DNA of 64,000 bases from an uncultured Cytophagales bacterium (GTDB lineage: Bacteria; Bacteroidota; Bacteroidia; Cytophagales; Thermonemataceae), in contig CALEMF010000031.1 of NCBI GenBank assembly GCA_937911505.1, forward strand, positions 16,805 through 80,804, given 5' to 3'. Each line of letters begins with the position of its first letter. Position 1 is the first letter of the stretch. Below the pieces are notes generated by a model. That model saw only the letters and a program-made list of their open reading frames with translations, did not search any database and was not told the origin of the DNA. Positions 37,283-47,307 of this stretch are shown one piece after another. The translations under genes were made by a program, and so were the position numbers.

Positions 37283-40183
37283 TTATCTAAGTATCTGTAC
37301 CCATCCTTGGTACATACGTTCTGCATTACGTGGATCAACAGAGATAAATCTTACCTTGGCGTCGTAGTAATAAATACCAGTAGGGAGCGGATTCCCATCT
37401 CCAGGGCTACTTCCTGAGAGCCCTTCTTGGCCATTCCAACGAATATTGATGTCATTATCTCTGAAATATACTTTCTTTCCCCAGCGATTATAAACGGTAA
37501 ACTCTACCGTTTCTACAAAATTAAGTTCAACCTCACCTGCAGGGGGTAGAATTCTGCCGCCATTTTCTGAAACTACATTTAAGGGGTAATTAACCGCCCT
37601 AAAGGTATCACCAATGTTGTCACCATTAGGAGTAAAGACATTGGGTAGCTCAAAGCGTAAGCAGTTGTCTACACACACCTCATTGCTAAAAGCACTCTCA
37701 TTACCCTCTATATCGACCGAAGTAACCACGTAGCAGCCTGCATAAGAATCAAGTCCATCATGGGTGAAGTTTCTGGTCATGTTACCCGCAATCTCTTCAA
37801 TCAATGTGTAATTTTCTGTATCTGTAGTGGGTTTATAGTATACACGATAGGCAGTAATAAACTCTTCTTCAAATTCACAATCCCCATTTAACTCGCCACA
37901 GTTACCGTTACCTGTACCATTGGCACTGGTTGGATTTACCCAGTTTAATACATTTTCAAAAGGAGGATTAGAGGTATAGTCAAATTGGTCGCAGTCCAAC
38001 ATACTTACTTCCAAAATAGGTGGACAAGGTGGAGTAATATCATCCGTAGTACCCTCCGTCGATTGTGACGTATTCACCAATATGTCAACACTGCTGTAAG
38101 CAGCGGTGATAGTAGGGTTGTAATAAGAACCGCGGGTTAAACTTTTATAGCCATAAAGTATATTTTGCGTTACATCATTCTCATCTACAAATGTACCGAA
38201 GCCTCGTCCTACGGGGAAGTCTTCTCCAATCTTATCTGCCACGATATCAGGTTCTCCACCTTCTCTTCTGGCTATATCGTGGGTTTGAAACTGGTTACTC
38301 CAAGGGACATTATAATCCCAAGTCACCGTGATACAATTCGAAGCAGGTTGTAGAGATAAACGAACTGTAGAGGCTTTATCGGAAGAGTCTCTAAAGTTGC
38401 TGAAAGAAGGATTATCCACAAAGAAAGCGATCTGATAATGATAGGCCTGCTCTAATGTATTTAAGTCAGTATCTTCAAAGCTGAAAGTCTGTAAATCACC
38501 CAATTGAGAGGTAGCTGTAAAGACTTCTACTGGATTGGCGTTACCATCCAACCCATCGTAGCGAAATACACGATAGGAGAAAGGTGTATTAGCAGATAAG
38601 GGTGGATCAAACTGGAAAGGGTCGATAAATTCTACGTCTACTCTTCCAGTTGTTGTACTCGTTTCTAGTACATCTACTTTAGTAAAGAGGGGCACATCCA
38701 CCAAAAGTGCTAAGCAGACCTCTTCAGAAGCATAACTATCTCCTCTTTCAGGTGCAGGGAATGTCGCTGAAATGCGATAACTGTAAGAGAGTCCAATATT
38801 TACATTTTCGTCGATAAAGGAGGTAGCATTCGCAGGGAGTCGAGCGATCTCGATGTAGCCTTGGCCATCGGGAGCCGCTACATCGCAGTTCATCGGTTCG
38901 CCTGTGGAGCAGCCTTCCTTCCGCCAAATAATCATTTCATCGGCTTGGTCGACACATTGGTATGTATCCCAATTGAGGGTGATGCGGTCATTGACGTTAT
39001 CGGGTGTTGCGGTGAGTCCTGTAGGTCTAGGGCCCACCACCTGTATTTCCCAGACTTGAATATCTACCAAAGATTGTGTGGTATTAGGTGGTACATCGCT
39101 AGCGTTGAAGATGACCTGATAAGGACGTTCTCTGATTTGATCGCAGCTTGGTGTCCACTCAAAGTTGAGGGAGGCTGGAGAGGGCTGTTGTTGTGGTTGG
39201 CTTGGGTCGGTAGTAGCACGAGGAGTAGGAAAAGAAGCGTCAAATACCTGACTGATTGGGGTAATGACAATAGGGTTTCCTTCTGGATCGGTTGCACTGA
39301 TGGTTTCATCAATTTCTTCACCTACTGCTACACAGGCATTGGTAGGGATCATTAATTGGGGTCGTCGGTTGTTGAAAGTCCCTACAATAATTTGCATATC
39401 TCTGATGACAAAGCCGAGGTAATTAAAAGTGCCCTGCGAGTTTTCTCGCCACTCTGTTACACGGATAGCAATATTATAACAACCTGGTTCTAAAGGGGTG
39501 TCCCACGTAAGGGTACCAGTAACAGGATCGATACCAAAAAAAGGAGCACCACCTTGCTCGGCAGTAGGGCTTAAAAACTGCGTAAGCGTGCGGTAATTAT
39601 CTACTTCTTCATCAAAGCCTTTTTTGGGCGTTACTAAGCTAAAAGAAAGACTATCTCCATCAGGATCATAAGCACCTGGATTGTGTAAAAATTTACTACC
39701 AATAGCCGCATTGTCTACAGGAAGTGCCAGCAGAATGGGCGTACTATTTCCACCCAGAAAGGAATTGACTATAATCTCTGTTTCTACAAATAGTTCTGTT
39801 TCAAGCGGGTTGGTCATGTTCCTAATACAACCGTTGCGAAAGCGCTCTACATAAGATACCCTAAAAGGACCATTTCCTGGGAAAGTAAAACTACCAAAAT
39901 ATTTTCCCTCTTCTATATCATTACCCACAAAGCGCGTTTCAGCCAGTGGGATTTCAATAGAGCCTAGCGAATCAAAAACTAAAACTGCAGTAGGACTTAA
40001 CTCTACACAGTTAGCGCAGTCATCTCGGTAAACCGTTAAGGTAAAGCGATACTCGAGTGAAGTAGGGCTCGCACGAACAGCGGTGATTTGACCGGCTCTC
40101 AAGTGAGTAGCTTGGGCAATTTGAACAATACAACTGAAGAAGAGCGTGAGAAAAACAATGAAGAAAGACTGTAAACGGCTCAT
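37283..40183 (-). CDS. large secreted protein with a T9SS type B (gliding-motility-associated, CHU_C) C-terminal sorting domain
   Basis: Signal peptide and N-terminal ATHLRAGQIT domain, followed by Ig-like repeats. The C-terminus carries LPNVFTPNGDNIGDTF...VYNRWGKKVY...GIYYYDAKV...YQGWVQILR. Confidence 0.85.
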   Translation of the reverse strand: MSRLQSFFIVFLTLFFSCIVQIAQATHLRAGQITAVRASPTSLEYRFTLTVYRDDCANCVELSPTAVLVFDSLGSIEIPLAETRFVGNDIEEGKYFGSFTFPGNGPFRVSYVERFRNGCIRNMTNPLETELFVETEIIVNSFLGGNSTPILLALPVDNAAIGSKFLHNPGAYDPDGDSLSFSLVTPKKGFDEEVDNYRTLTQFLSPTAEQGGAPFFGIDPVTGTLTWDTPLEPGCYNIAIRVTEWRENSQGTFNYLGFVIRDMQIIVGTFNNRRPQLMIPTNACVAVGEEIDETISATDPEGNPIVITPISQVFDASFPTPRATTDPSQPQQQPSPASLNFEWTPSCDQIRERPYQVIFNASDVPPNTTQSLVDIQVWEIQVVGPRPTGLTATPDNVNDRITLNWDTYQCVDQADEMIIWRKEGCSTGEPMNCDVAAPDGQGYIEIARLPANATSFIDENVNIGLSYSYRISATFPAPERGDSYASEEVCLALLVDVPLFTKVDVLETSTTTGRVDVEFIDPFQFDPPLSANTPFSYRVFRYDGLDGNANPVEVFTATSQLGDLQTFSFEDTDLNTLEQAYHYQIAFFVDNPSFSNFRDSSDKASTVRLSLQPASNCITVTWDYNVPWSNQFQTHDIARREGGEPDIVADKIGEDFPVGRGFGTFVDENDVTQNILYGYKSLTRGSYYNPTITAAYSSVDILVNTSQSTEGTTDDITPPCPPILEVSMLDCDQFDYTSNPPFENVLNWVNPTSANGTGNGNCGELNGDCEFEEEFITAYRVYYKPTTDTENYTLIEEIAGNMTRNFTHDGLDSYAGCYVVTSVDIEGNESAFSNEVCVDNCLRFELPNVFTPNGDNIGDTFRAVNYPLNVVSENGGRILPPAGEVELNFVETVEFTVYNRWGKKVYFRDNDINIRWNGQEGLSGSSPGDGNPLPTGIYYYDAKVRFISVDPRNAERMYQGWVQILR

Positions 40184-40498
40184 AGTTTTTATTTAGATAA
40201 ACGGCGTGTTTCTAGTTAATAAGAGTAAACGGTTATTGGTAATCGCTAATCTAACAATAAATCGGCTTACTTCGTTACAATCGACCCTATGAATATTTGC
40301 ATATCGTGAGAAATACTTGATGGGTCTGTAAGGATAACTACCAAATTTTCAATTGGTTGAAAAGGTCATTGTTTAGAATCTTTCTAAACAAGCTTCTATC
40401 CGTTGTTTCATAAGCCTTTGACTTGTAAATTGGGCTAAATTGAAAAACAAATTCATTTATCAATTTTTTCTATAATAGTTAATTATAACCTATACAAT

Positions 40499-41287
40499 AT
40501 GAATTGGGTAGTAAAAACATTAACAAGCACCTTAGGAAGAAAGCTTATTATGGCCCTTACAGGCGCTTTCTTATCATTATTCTTAGTAGTACATCTTATC
40601 GGTAACTTACAGCTCCTAAAAGACGATGGTGGAATGGCTTTCAATATCTACGCAGATTTTATGGGACATAATCCGTTAATTCAAACGGTTTCTATTCTCA
40701 ACTTTACCTTCATCATCTTACACATTATTACCAGTGTGATTCTTACTAGACTTAATAATAAGGCAAGACCTGTTTCGTATGCTTATGATGGTAAGAGCAG
40801 TGCTTGGAGCTCTCGTAATATGGGTATTTTAGGGACAGTAATCTTGATTTTCCTAGTAGTACACCTCTCTAACTTCTGGGGTAAAAGTAAGCTGACTACC
40901 TTTGAAGCAGGTAGCTATGTGCCTTACGTTACTTATGGAGAAGCAACAATGCAGAATTTGTACGATGTAGTAGCCATTTCCTTCCAAGAGTGGTGGTTGG
41001 TAGCATTGTATGTAGTAAGTATGATTGGCTTGGCCTTTCACCTATCTCATGGTTTCATTAGTATGTTTCAGACGTTGGGGCTTAACCACAGTAAATACAA
41101 TTTTGTGATTAAGATTGTGGGTTATGAGTTTGCTATTTTGGTTCCAGCTATGTTTGCGGCCATTCCAGTGTTTATGTTTCTCAATCTACAAGGGGGACTT
41201 TTGTATTTATTTGCTGGCATTGGGGTGTTGGCGTTGGTAGTAGGGGCGATGGTATCGAATGGTCATAAACAACAACTAGCGGTATAA
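40499..41287 (+). CDS. sdhC: succinate dehydrogenase/fumarate reductase cytochrome b subunit (b558 family)
   Basis: Five-TM protein with N-terminal LTSTLGRKLIMALTGAFLSLFLVVHLIGNL and conserved His residues. It is the first gene of sdhCAB. Confidence 0.85.
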   Translation: MNWVVKTLTSTLGRKLIMALTGAFLSLFLVVHLIGNLQLLKDDGGMAFNIYADFMGHNPLIQTVSILNFTFIILHIITSVILTRLNNKARPVSYAYDGKSSAWSSRNMGILGTVILIFLVVHLSNFWGKSKLTTFEAGSYVPYVTYGEATMQNLYDVVAISFQEWWLVALYVVSMIGLAFHLSHGFISMFQTLGLNHSKYNFVIKIVGYEFAILVPAMFAAIPVFMFLNLQGGLLYLFAGIGVLALVVGAMVSNGHKQQLAV

Positions 41288-41343
41288 AATCGAAAACCTT
41301 GTCTATAAACAGGTAGTCATAAATGTAAAAAATTACCAATAAT

Positions 41344-43383
41344 ATGAAGTTAAATGCAAAAAGTCCTGAAGGTGTACTGGCCGAGAAATGGGACAAACAT
41401 AAATTCAATATCAAATTAGTAAACCCAGCGAACAAGCGTAAGTACGACATCATTGTAGTAGGGACAGGGTTAGCGGGTGCTTCAGCCGCCGCTTCACTCG
41501 CTGAGTTAGGATATAATGTAAAGTCGTTTTGTTTTCAGGATAGCCCTCGTCGTGCACACTCTATTGCCGCACAAGGAGGGATTAATGCTGCTAAAAACTA
41601 CCAAAATGACGGCGACAGTGTTTTCCGTCTTTTTTATGATACCATAAAAGGAGGAGACTACCGTTCTCGTGAGGCCAATGTTTATCGCCTCTCACAAGTA
41701 AGTGTCAATATTATTGACCAATGTGTAGCACAAGGAGTACCTTTTGCTCGCGAGTATGGTGGGTTACTCGACAACCGTTCTTTTGGTGGTGCGCAAGTAT
41801 CGCGTACTTTTTATGCAAAAGGACAGACAGGACAACAGTTATTACTAGGGGCTTACCAAGCACTAAGTCGCCAAGTGGCCAATGGTAAAGTAAAGCTGTA
41901 TCCACGTACAGAAATGCTAGAGTTGGTAATTAAAGAAGGGAAAGCAAGAGGGATAGTGGTAAGAAATTTAATTACAGGAGAGATTGAGTCGCATTCTGCG
42001 CATGCTGTATTGCTTTGTTCAGGTGGTTATGGAAATGTATTCTACCTTTCTACCAACGCGATGGGGTCAAATGCTACCGCCTCTTGGAGAGCGCACAGGA
42101 AAGGTGCTTTCTTTGCCAATCCTTGCTTTACACAAATTCATCCTACTTGTATTCCTGTTTCTGGCAGTTATCAATCGAAGCTAACCCTAATGTCAGAGTC
42201 GTTACGTAACGATGGACGTGTATGGGTGCCTAAGAAAATAGAAGATGCGGAAGCCATTCGACAAGGGAAAAAAACGCCTGAAGATATTAAGGAAGAGGAA
42301 AGAGACTATTACCTAGAAAGACGTTATCCTTCTTTTGGTAACTTAGTACCACGTGATGTCGCCTCTCGTAATGCGAAATATGTATGTGATGAAGGACGCG
42401 GGGTAGGAAAGACAGGTTTGGCGGTATACTTAGATTTCCGCGACGCTATTCTACGCGAAGGACGTAAAGTGGTAGAGAGCCAACTGATAGAGTACAACGG
42501 AAGTGTGAAAGAGTATGAGAAAGCCAAAGGAAAACCCTACGATGAGCTGATCTATGTAGAAGGTAAGAAAATTATTGAGGCCAAGTATGGTAACCTGTTC
42601 GATATGTACCAACGTATTACGGACGATAACCCCTACGAAACGCCTATGATGATCTATCCAGCCGTGCATTATACGATGGGTGGTTTATGGGTAGACTACA
42701 ATCTTATGACTAGCGTAGAAGGTTTGTATGCTTTAGGTGAAGCCAACTTCTCAGACCACGGGGCAAATCGCTTAGGTGCTTCTGCTTTGATGCAAGGTTT
42801 GGCTGATGGTTATTTTGTAATTCCTTACACAATTGGTGACTACTTGGCTAAAATTGGGCACGCTGATAAGCTTGATACTGCCGATGAAGCTTTTAAAGAA
42901 GCAGAAACAGAAGTAAAAGCACGTATCGAGAAGCTTTTAGCCATTAAAGGAGAGAAATCAGTGGACGATTTCCACAGAGAGCTAGGTAAAATTATGTGGG
43001 AATACTGTGGCATGTCACGTAATGCAGAAGGCTTGAAATACGCTAAAGGAAAAATACAAGAGTTAAGAAAAGAATTCTGGAGTAATGTAAAAGTGACTGG
43101 GGAAAATGATGAACTAAACCAAACCCTCGAAAAAGCCCTTCGGGTGGCTGATTTTATGGAGTTGGGCGAGTTGATGATTGATGATGCACTTGATCGCGAA
43201 GAATCGTGTGGTGGGCACTTCCGAGAGGAATTCCAGACAGAAGAGGGAGAAGCGCTTCGTAACGACGAAGACTATGCCTACGTGTCTGCTTGGGCGTACA
43301 AGGGAGAAAACCAACCCCACGAACTTCACAAGGAGCAGCTTACTTTCGAGAATGTGAAACTTACACAGCGTTCTTACAAGTAA
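41344..43383 (+). CDS. sdhA: succinate dehydrogenase/fumarate reductase flavoprotein subunit
   Basis: FAD-binding [15 protein letters not shown], covalent-FAD region [19 protein letters not shown], and catalytic Arg/His regions. Confidence 0.95.
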   Translation: MKLNAKSPEGVLAEKWDKHKFNIKLVNPANKRKYDIIVVGTGLAGASAAASLAELGYNVKSFCFQDSPRRAHSIAAQGGINAAKNYQNDGDSVFRLFYDTIKGGDYRSREANVYRLSQVSVNIIDQCVAQGVPFAREYGGLLDNRSFGGAQVSRTFYAKGQTGQQLLLGAYQALSRQVANGKVKLYPRTEMLELVIKEGKARGIVVRNLITGEIESHSAHAVLLCSGGYGNVFYLSTNAMGSNATASWRAHRKGAFFANPCFTQIHPTCIPVSGSYQSKLTLMSESLRNDGRVWVPKKIEDAEAIRQGKKTPEDIKEEERDYYLERRYPSFGNLVPRDVASRNAKYVCDEGRGVGKTGLAVYLDFRDAILREGRKVVESQLIEYNGSVKEYEKAKGKPYDELIYVEGKKIIEAKYGNLFDMYQRITDDNPYETPMMIYPAVHYTMGGLWVDYNLMTSVEGLYALGEANFSDHGANRLGASALMQGLADGYFVIPYTIGDYLAKIGHADKLDTADEAFKEAETEVKARIEKLLAIKGEKSVDDFHRELGKIMWEYCGMSRNAEGLKYAKGKIQELRKEFWSNVKVTGENDELNQTLEKALRVADFMELGELMIDDALDREESCGGHFREEFQTEEGEALRNDEDYAYVSAWAYKGENQPHELHKEQLTFENVKLTQRSYK

Positions 43384-43426
43384 AATCCAGCAACATTAAC
43401 ATATTGTACATCTAAATTGAAGAACC

Positions 43427-44173
43427 ATGAATCTGACACTGAAAATTTGGCGACAAAAAAATAATAAAGAGAAAGGCAAGATGGTAACCTACAAGGTACA
43501 AGACATTTCTGATGACATGTCGTTTTTAGAAATGATGGACGTGCTGAATGAGGAACTCTTAAAAAAAGGAGAAGAACCAGTAGCTTTTGACCACGATTGT
43601 AGAGAAGGTATCTGTGGGATGTGTAGCATGTACATCAATGGTCATCCACACGGACCAGAGCGAACCACTACTTGCCAGTTGCATATGCGTAGCTTTAAAG
43701 ATGGTGACACCATTACTATCGAACCTTGGCGAGCGAAAGGATTTCCTGTAGTAAAGGATTTGGTGGTAGACCGCAGTGCTTTCGACCGTATTATTCAGGC
43801 GGGCGGCTTTGTCTCAGTTAATACAGGGGTAAGTGTAGATGCCAATGAAATCCCTATTGCGAAAGATGTGGCCAGCGAAGCAATGGATGCCGCTACTTGT
43901 ATAGGATGTGGAGCTTGTGTAGCCGCTTGTAAAAATGCTTCTGCCATGCTGTTTGTCTCAGCCAAAATATCACACTTGGGGCTGTTACCACAAGGAAAGA
44001 CGGAGAAGAACCGTCGGGTACAGCGTATGATTGCACAAATGGATGCAGAAGAATTTGGAGCTTGTACCAACACGGGTGCTTGTGCTGCTGAGTGTCCTAA
44101 GTCTATCTCGTTGGTAAATATTGCACGTATGAACAGAGAGTATTTTGCAGCCAAAGTGGCTTCAGAGGCGTAA
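43427..44173 (+). CDS. sdhB: succinate dehydrogenase/fumarate reductase iron-sulfur subunit
   Basis: 2Fe-2[10 protein letters not shown] and ferredoxin-type clusters [11 protein letters not shown] and [12 protein letters not shown]. Confidence 0.95.
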   Translation: MNLTLKIWRQKNNKEKGKMVTYKVQDISDDMSFLEMMDVLNEELLKKGEEPVAFDHDCREGICGMCSMYINGHPHGPERTTTCQLHMRSFKDGDTITIEPWRAKGFPVVKDLVVDRSAFDRIIQAGGFVSVNTGVSVDANEIPIAKDVASEAMDAATCIGCGACVAACKNASAMLFVSAKISHLGLLPQGKTEKNRRVQRMIAQMDAEEFGACTNTGACAAECPKSISLVNIARMNREYFAAKVASEA

Positions 44174-44196
44174 TCACGCAATAAACATTTTTTTAG

Positions 44197-44228
44197 AAGG
44201 GCTCACTAACTTGTTGGTGAGCCTTTTT
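44197..44228 (+). terminator. intrinsic terminator after sdhB
   Basis: A 7-10 bp stem pairs 44197-44206 with 44217-44226 around a 10-nt loop, and runs into a T5 stretch (44224-44228). Confidence 0.5.
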
Positions 44229-44239
44229 AGTTAGAGGGG

Positions 44240-44806
44240 TCAAAGCACGGTTTTAATACGGTCGAATACGGCTTGTTCATTACCCTCTCCGTTAACCCGA
44301 TAGGTATTGGCTACGTGCTCGTCTAGAAAGGCAATAATGGGTTGGGTTTGTTCTTGGTATACATCCAGCCTTTTTAAAATGACCTTTGGGTTGTTGTCAT
44401 CTGTTCTTTTTTCCTCTTCTGCCCGTTTCATGGCACGTTCAATCAGCTCAGGTTCTGGCACTTCCAATACAATACATACCTTAATGGTAGTTTGGAAGTC
44501 TTGTAGGATTTCAATCAGTGTATGGGCTTGTGCTTCGTTGCGTGGGTATCCATCAAACAAAAAGCCATTGGCAGGAAGATGTACTTGAATGAACTGCCTT
44601 ACCAACTTCTCCAACAACAAGTCAGGAGCCAGCAAGCCTTTGTCGCTAGAAGTTTTTACCCGCATTCCGGTATCTGTGCGTTTCTCAATTTCTCTCCTGA
44701 TTTCTGCCCCTGTAGAGAGGTGAACCAGTTGAAGATAATCTGCAATGAGTGAACATTGTGTTCCCTTTCCAGAAAAGGGAGGACCAAGTAGTACAATATT
44801 ATTCAT
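44240..44806 (-). CDS. adk: adenylate kinase (short, lid-less form) with a variant P-loop
   Basis: NIVLLGPPFSGKGTQ, VHLSTGAEIRRE, FLFDGYPRN and RTDDN. 188 aa. Confidence 0.8.
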   Translation of the reverse strand: MNNIVLLGPPFSGKGTQCSLIADYLQLVHLSTGAEIRREIEKRTDTGMRVKTSSDKGLLAPDLLLEKLVRQFIQVHLPANGFLFDGYPRNEAQAHTLIEILQDFQTTIKVCIVLEVPEPELIERAMKRAEEEKRTDDNNPKVILKRLDVYQEQTQPIIAFLDEHVANTYRVNGEGNEQAVFDRIKTVL

Positions 44807-44919
44807 AATGAACCATTATTTTATAGATTATTGAGATAAGATAGTGTATAGACAAAATACGCTAAAAAGCACTTCTTTCAAAAGAAGTGCTTAGGAATAC
44901 TGGGTGATTTAAAAATAAT

Positions 44920-46791
44920 TTATTTTTTGTTTTCTGCTACACCTTTCATGAGCTCAACACTATTCACCAAACGAATAAACTCAGAACGATAACCGTTCAG
45001 GTCTTTGCCTTTGGCAGACTGAGCCAGAGCGATCACTTGCTGGTAAGTAGCTTCTCCTTTTAGCGGTGAGTCTCTCAAAAGCATACCAAATGCTGCTACA
45101 GCCGAAGCCCAACGAAGATTTTCAGAAGTCTTCTCAATGGCCACTGATTTACCAGAAACTGCTTGTTCAAATAGCTTACTTTGTGTTGCGTCAGGTAATT
45201 TATAGCGGAATTTAACATGAAACAATTCCTTACTTTTACTAGCCTTAGTATTTACCTGCTTTTGATATTTTAAATCACCTACAGGCTTAGTGTTGTCACC
45301 TTCTACACCCACAGGTACGAGCTCGTACAGCGCCGTTACAGTATGTCCAGCACCTAACTCACCAGCATCCTTGGTATCGTCATTGAAGTCTTCTTTATTA
45401 AGAAGGCGATTCTCATAGCCAATTAGTCGATAGGCTTTTACTTGTGTAGGGTTAAACTCTAGTTGTAGTTTTACGTCTTTGGCCACCGTAAACATTGTAC
45501 CGCCAAACTCATTGATGAGGACTTTCTTAGCCTCTTGTATATTATCAATGTAAGCATAGTTGCCGTTACCCTTGTCTGCGATCTTCTCCATTTTGGCATC
45601 TTTGTAATTTCCCATACCAAAGCCCAAGGTAGTAACGAATATACCCGTTTTACGCTTTTCTTCGATGAGTCTAATCATATCATCGTCGCTAGAAGCGCCT
45701 ACATTAAAATCTCCATCAGTAGCGAGAATCACACGATTATTACCTCCTTCCATAAAGTTTTCTTTGGCTACTTTGTACGCAAGTTCGATGCCTGCACCAC
45801 CCGCAGTGGAACCTCCCGCGTTGAGTCGCTCTAGTGCCTCAACAATTGCCTGTTGGTTATTACCTGGTGTAGGAGGAAGTACTAAGCCTGCTGCACCAGC
45901 GTATACCACGATCGATACCTTATCTTGCGCTCTAAGCTGCTGCGTAAGAAGTTTGAAAGCAGATTTTAATAGAGGAAGCTTATTCGCTGAACTCATCGAA
46001 CCCGACACATCTATCAGAAACACTAGATTGGAAGGAGGGAGGTTGTCTGTGGGAATTTTCTTGGCTTGTAGATTAACAAGGGCAAGTTGATGTGCGGTAT
46101 TCCAAGGACAAGCAGCTACTTCCGTATGAACGGCAAAAGGATGCGCACCAGTAGGTTGAGGATACTCATAAGCAAAGTAATTGATCATTTCTTCAATGCG
46201 TACGGCATCCTTGGGAGGCATTTGACCATTATTGATAAACCGACGCACATTACTGTAAGCAGCTCTGTCTACGTCGATAGAAAAAGTAGAGAGAGGCGTT
46301 TTTTTAACTTCTAAAAACTGGTTTTCCTTGATGATTCCGTACTCTTCCGTGTTTTGATCAGGTGCGTCTGTTCTCAAGTACTCACTAGATGTGTCATATA
46401 CACGTGGCGAAGGAGCCACACTTCGGTGTGGTCTGGTTCGTATCTTTTTACTTTCAACTGATTCCTGCGTGAAAACTATATCCTCTTTAGTGACAATCAT
46501 CTCCTCGAGCTTAGTAGTTTTAAGGTGAATTTCATAATGATTTTTATTAGTTACTTTAAAGGTTTTTTCATCAAAACCTACGGCACTTACCACTATTTGA
46601 CTACCTAAAGGTGCATTGATGGTGAACTTTCCGTCGCTATCAGTTACCGTTCCTTTACTAGGATCGCTTTTTAGATAGACCGAAGCGCCAGTAAGGGGAC
46701 TCTTTTCATTATCAAATACTTTTCCTGTGATGGTCTTTTCGGGGTTTAGCCCGAAGCTGAGTAAAAAAAATAATACAAAAGTAGCTTTCAT
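44920..46791 (-). CDS. secreted von Willebrand factor A domain protein (YfbK-like) with an N-terminal CarboxypepD_reg-like domain
   Basis: N-terminal ITGKVFDNEKSPLTGASVYL, then FSIDVDRAAYSNVRRFIN...RIEEMINYF. vWA MIDAS motif VFLIDVSGSMS. C-terminal DUF3520-like region. Confidence 0.85.
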   Translation of the reverse strand: MKATFVLFFLLSFGLNPEKTITGKVFDNEKSPLTGASVYLKSDPSKGTVTDSDGKFTINAPLGSQIVVSAVGFDEKTFKVTNKNHYEIHLKTTKLEEMIVTKEDIVFTQESVESKKIRTRPHRSVAPSPRVYDTSSEYLRTDAPDQNTEEYGIIKENQFLEVKKTPLSTFSIDVDRAAYSNVRRFINNGQMPPKDAVRIEEMINYFAYEYPQPTGAHPFAVHTEVAACPWNTAHQLALVNLQAKKIPTDNLPPSNLVFLIDVSGSMSSANKLPLLKSAFKLLTQQLRAQDKVSIVVYAGAAGLVLPPTPGNNQQAIVEALERLNAGGSTAGGAGIELAYKVAKENFMEGGNNRVILATDGDFNVGASSDDDMIRLIEEKRKTGIFVTTLGFGMGNYKDAKMEKIADKGNGNYAYIDNIQEAKKVLINEFGGTMFTVAKDVKLQLEFNPTQVKAYRLIGYENRLLNKEDFNDDTKDAGELGAGHTVTALYELVPVGVEGDNTKPVGDLKYQKQVNTKASKSKELFHVKFRYKLPDATQSKLFEQAVSGKSVAIEKTSENLRWASAVAAFGMLLRDSPLKGEATYQQVIALAQSAKGKDLNGYRSEFIRLVNSVELMKGVAENKK

Positions 46792-47256
46792 AGAATAATA
46801 TATTTTATGGTTTTATAATAAAGGCGCGTTCAAAATGTAAGTAAAGGATGGTAGGATTTACAAAAACACAATTGCAAAATCACTAAAACTATACCATAGT
46901 AAGGAAATGGGTAAATAAATGAAAAAATACTTGTACAACAATGCATTGTAATCTCAAAAACTTTGTTCATTACCAGTTACTGAAGCAAACCTGTATGTAC
47001 CTCAACTGTAAAAAAATAGTATGTTATGCTGCTTTGTCATTTGTTAATTAAAAATTTGCCACTATCTTGTATTCATCTGAGTATAACTATTTTAAACACC
47101 CAGAAGTGCATATTCAGTTTTTCAACTAAAGAAGGAACTCTATCTTAATTTAATGACTGAGTTCCTTCTGTTTTATAAGGAGTAGAAGCTCTTCACCTTA
47201 AGACATTTATTCATATATATTGACACTCTTCTGTGAAATAAGCTGCTAAAAATAGT

Positions 47257-47282
47257 AAAAGGCAGCCCAATGGCTGCCTTTT
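47257..47282 (-). terminator. intrinsic terminator of the PhoD gene (bidirectional shape)
   Basis: Perfect stem GGCAGCC/GGCTGCC (47261-47267 with 47272-47278), loop CAAT, extended by A/T pairs, with T-runs on both strands. Confidence 0.65.
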
Positions 47283-47307
47283 GTAATGCTTGACAAGTAA
47301 GTAAAGA

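Noticed and set aside
46941-47051. A 36-codon Cys-rich ORF (MHCNLKNFVHYQLLKQTCMYLNCKKIVCYAALSFVN) in the vWA-phoD spacer.
   Set aside because: There is no supporting signal (promoter, conservation or known family), and such a frame is easily produced by chance in AT-rich DNA. It would only be worth revisiting if it is conserved in relatives.
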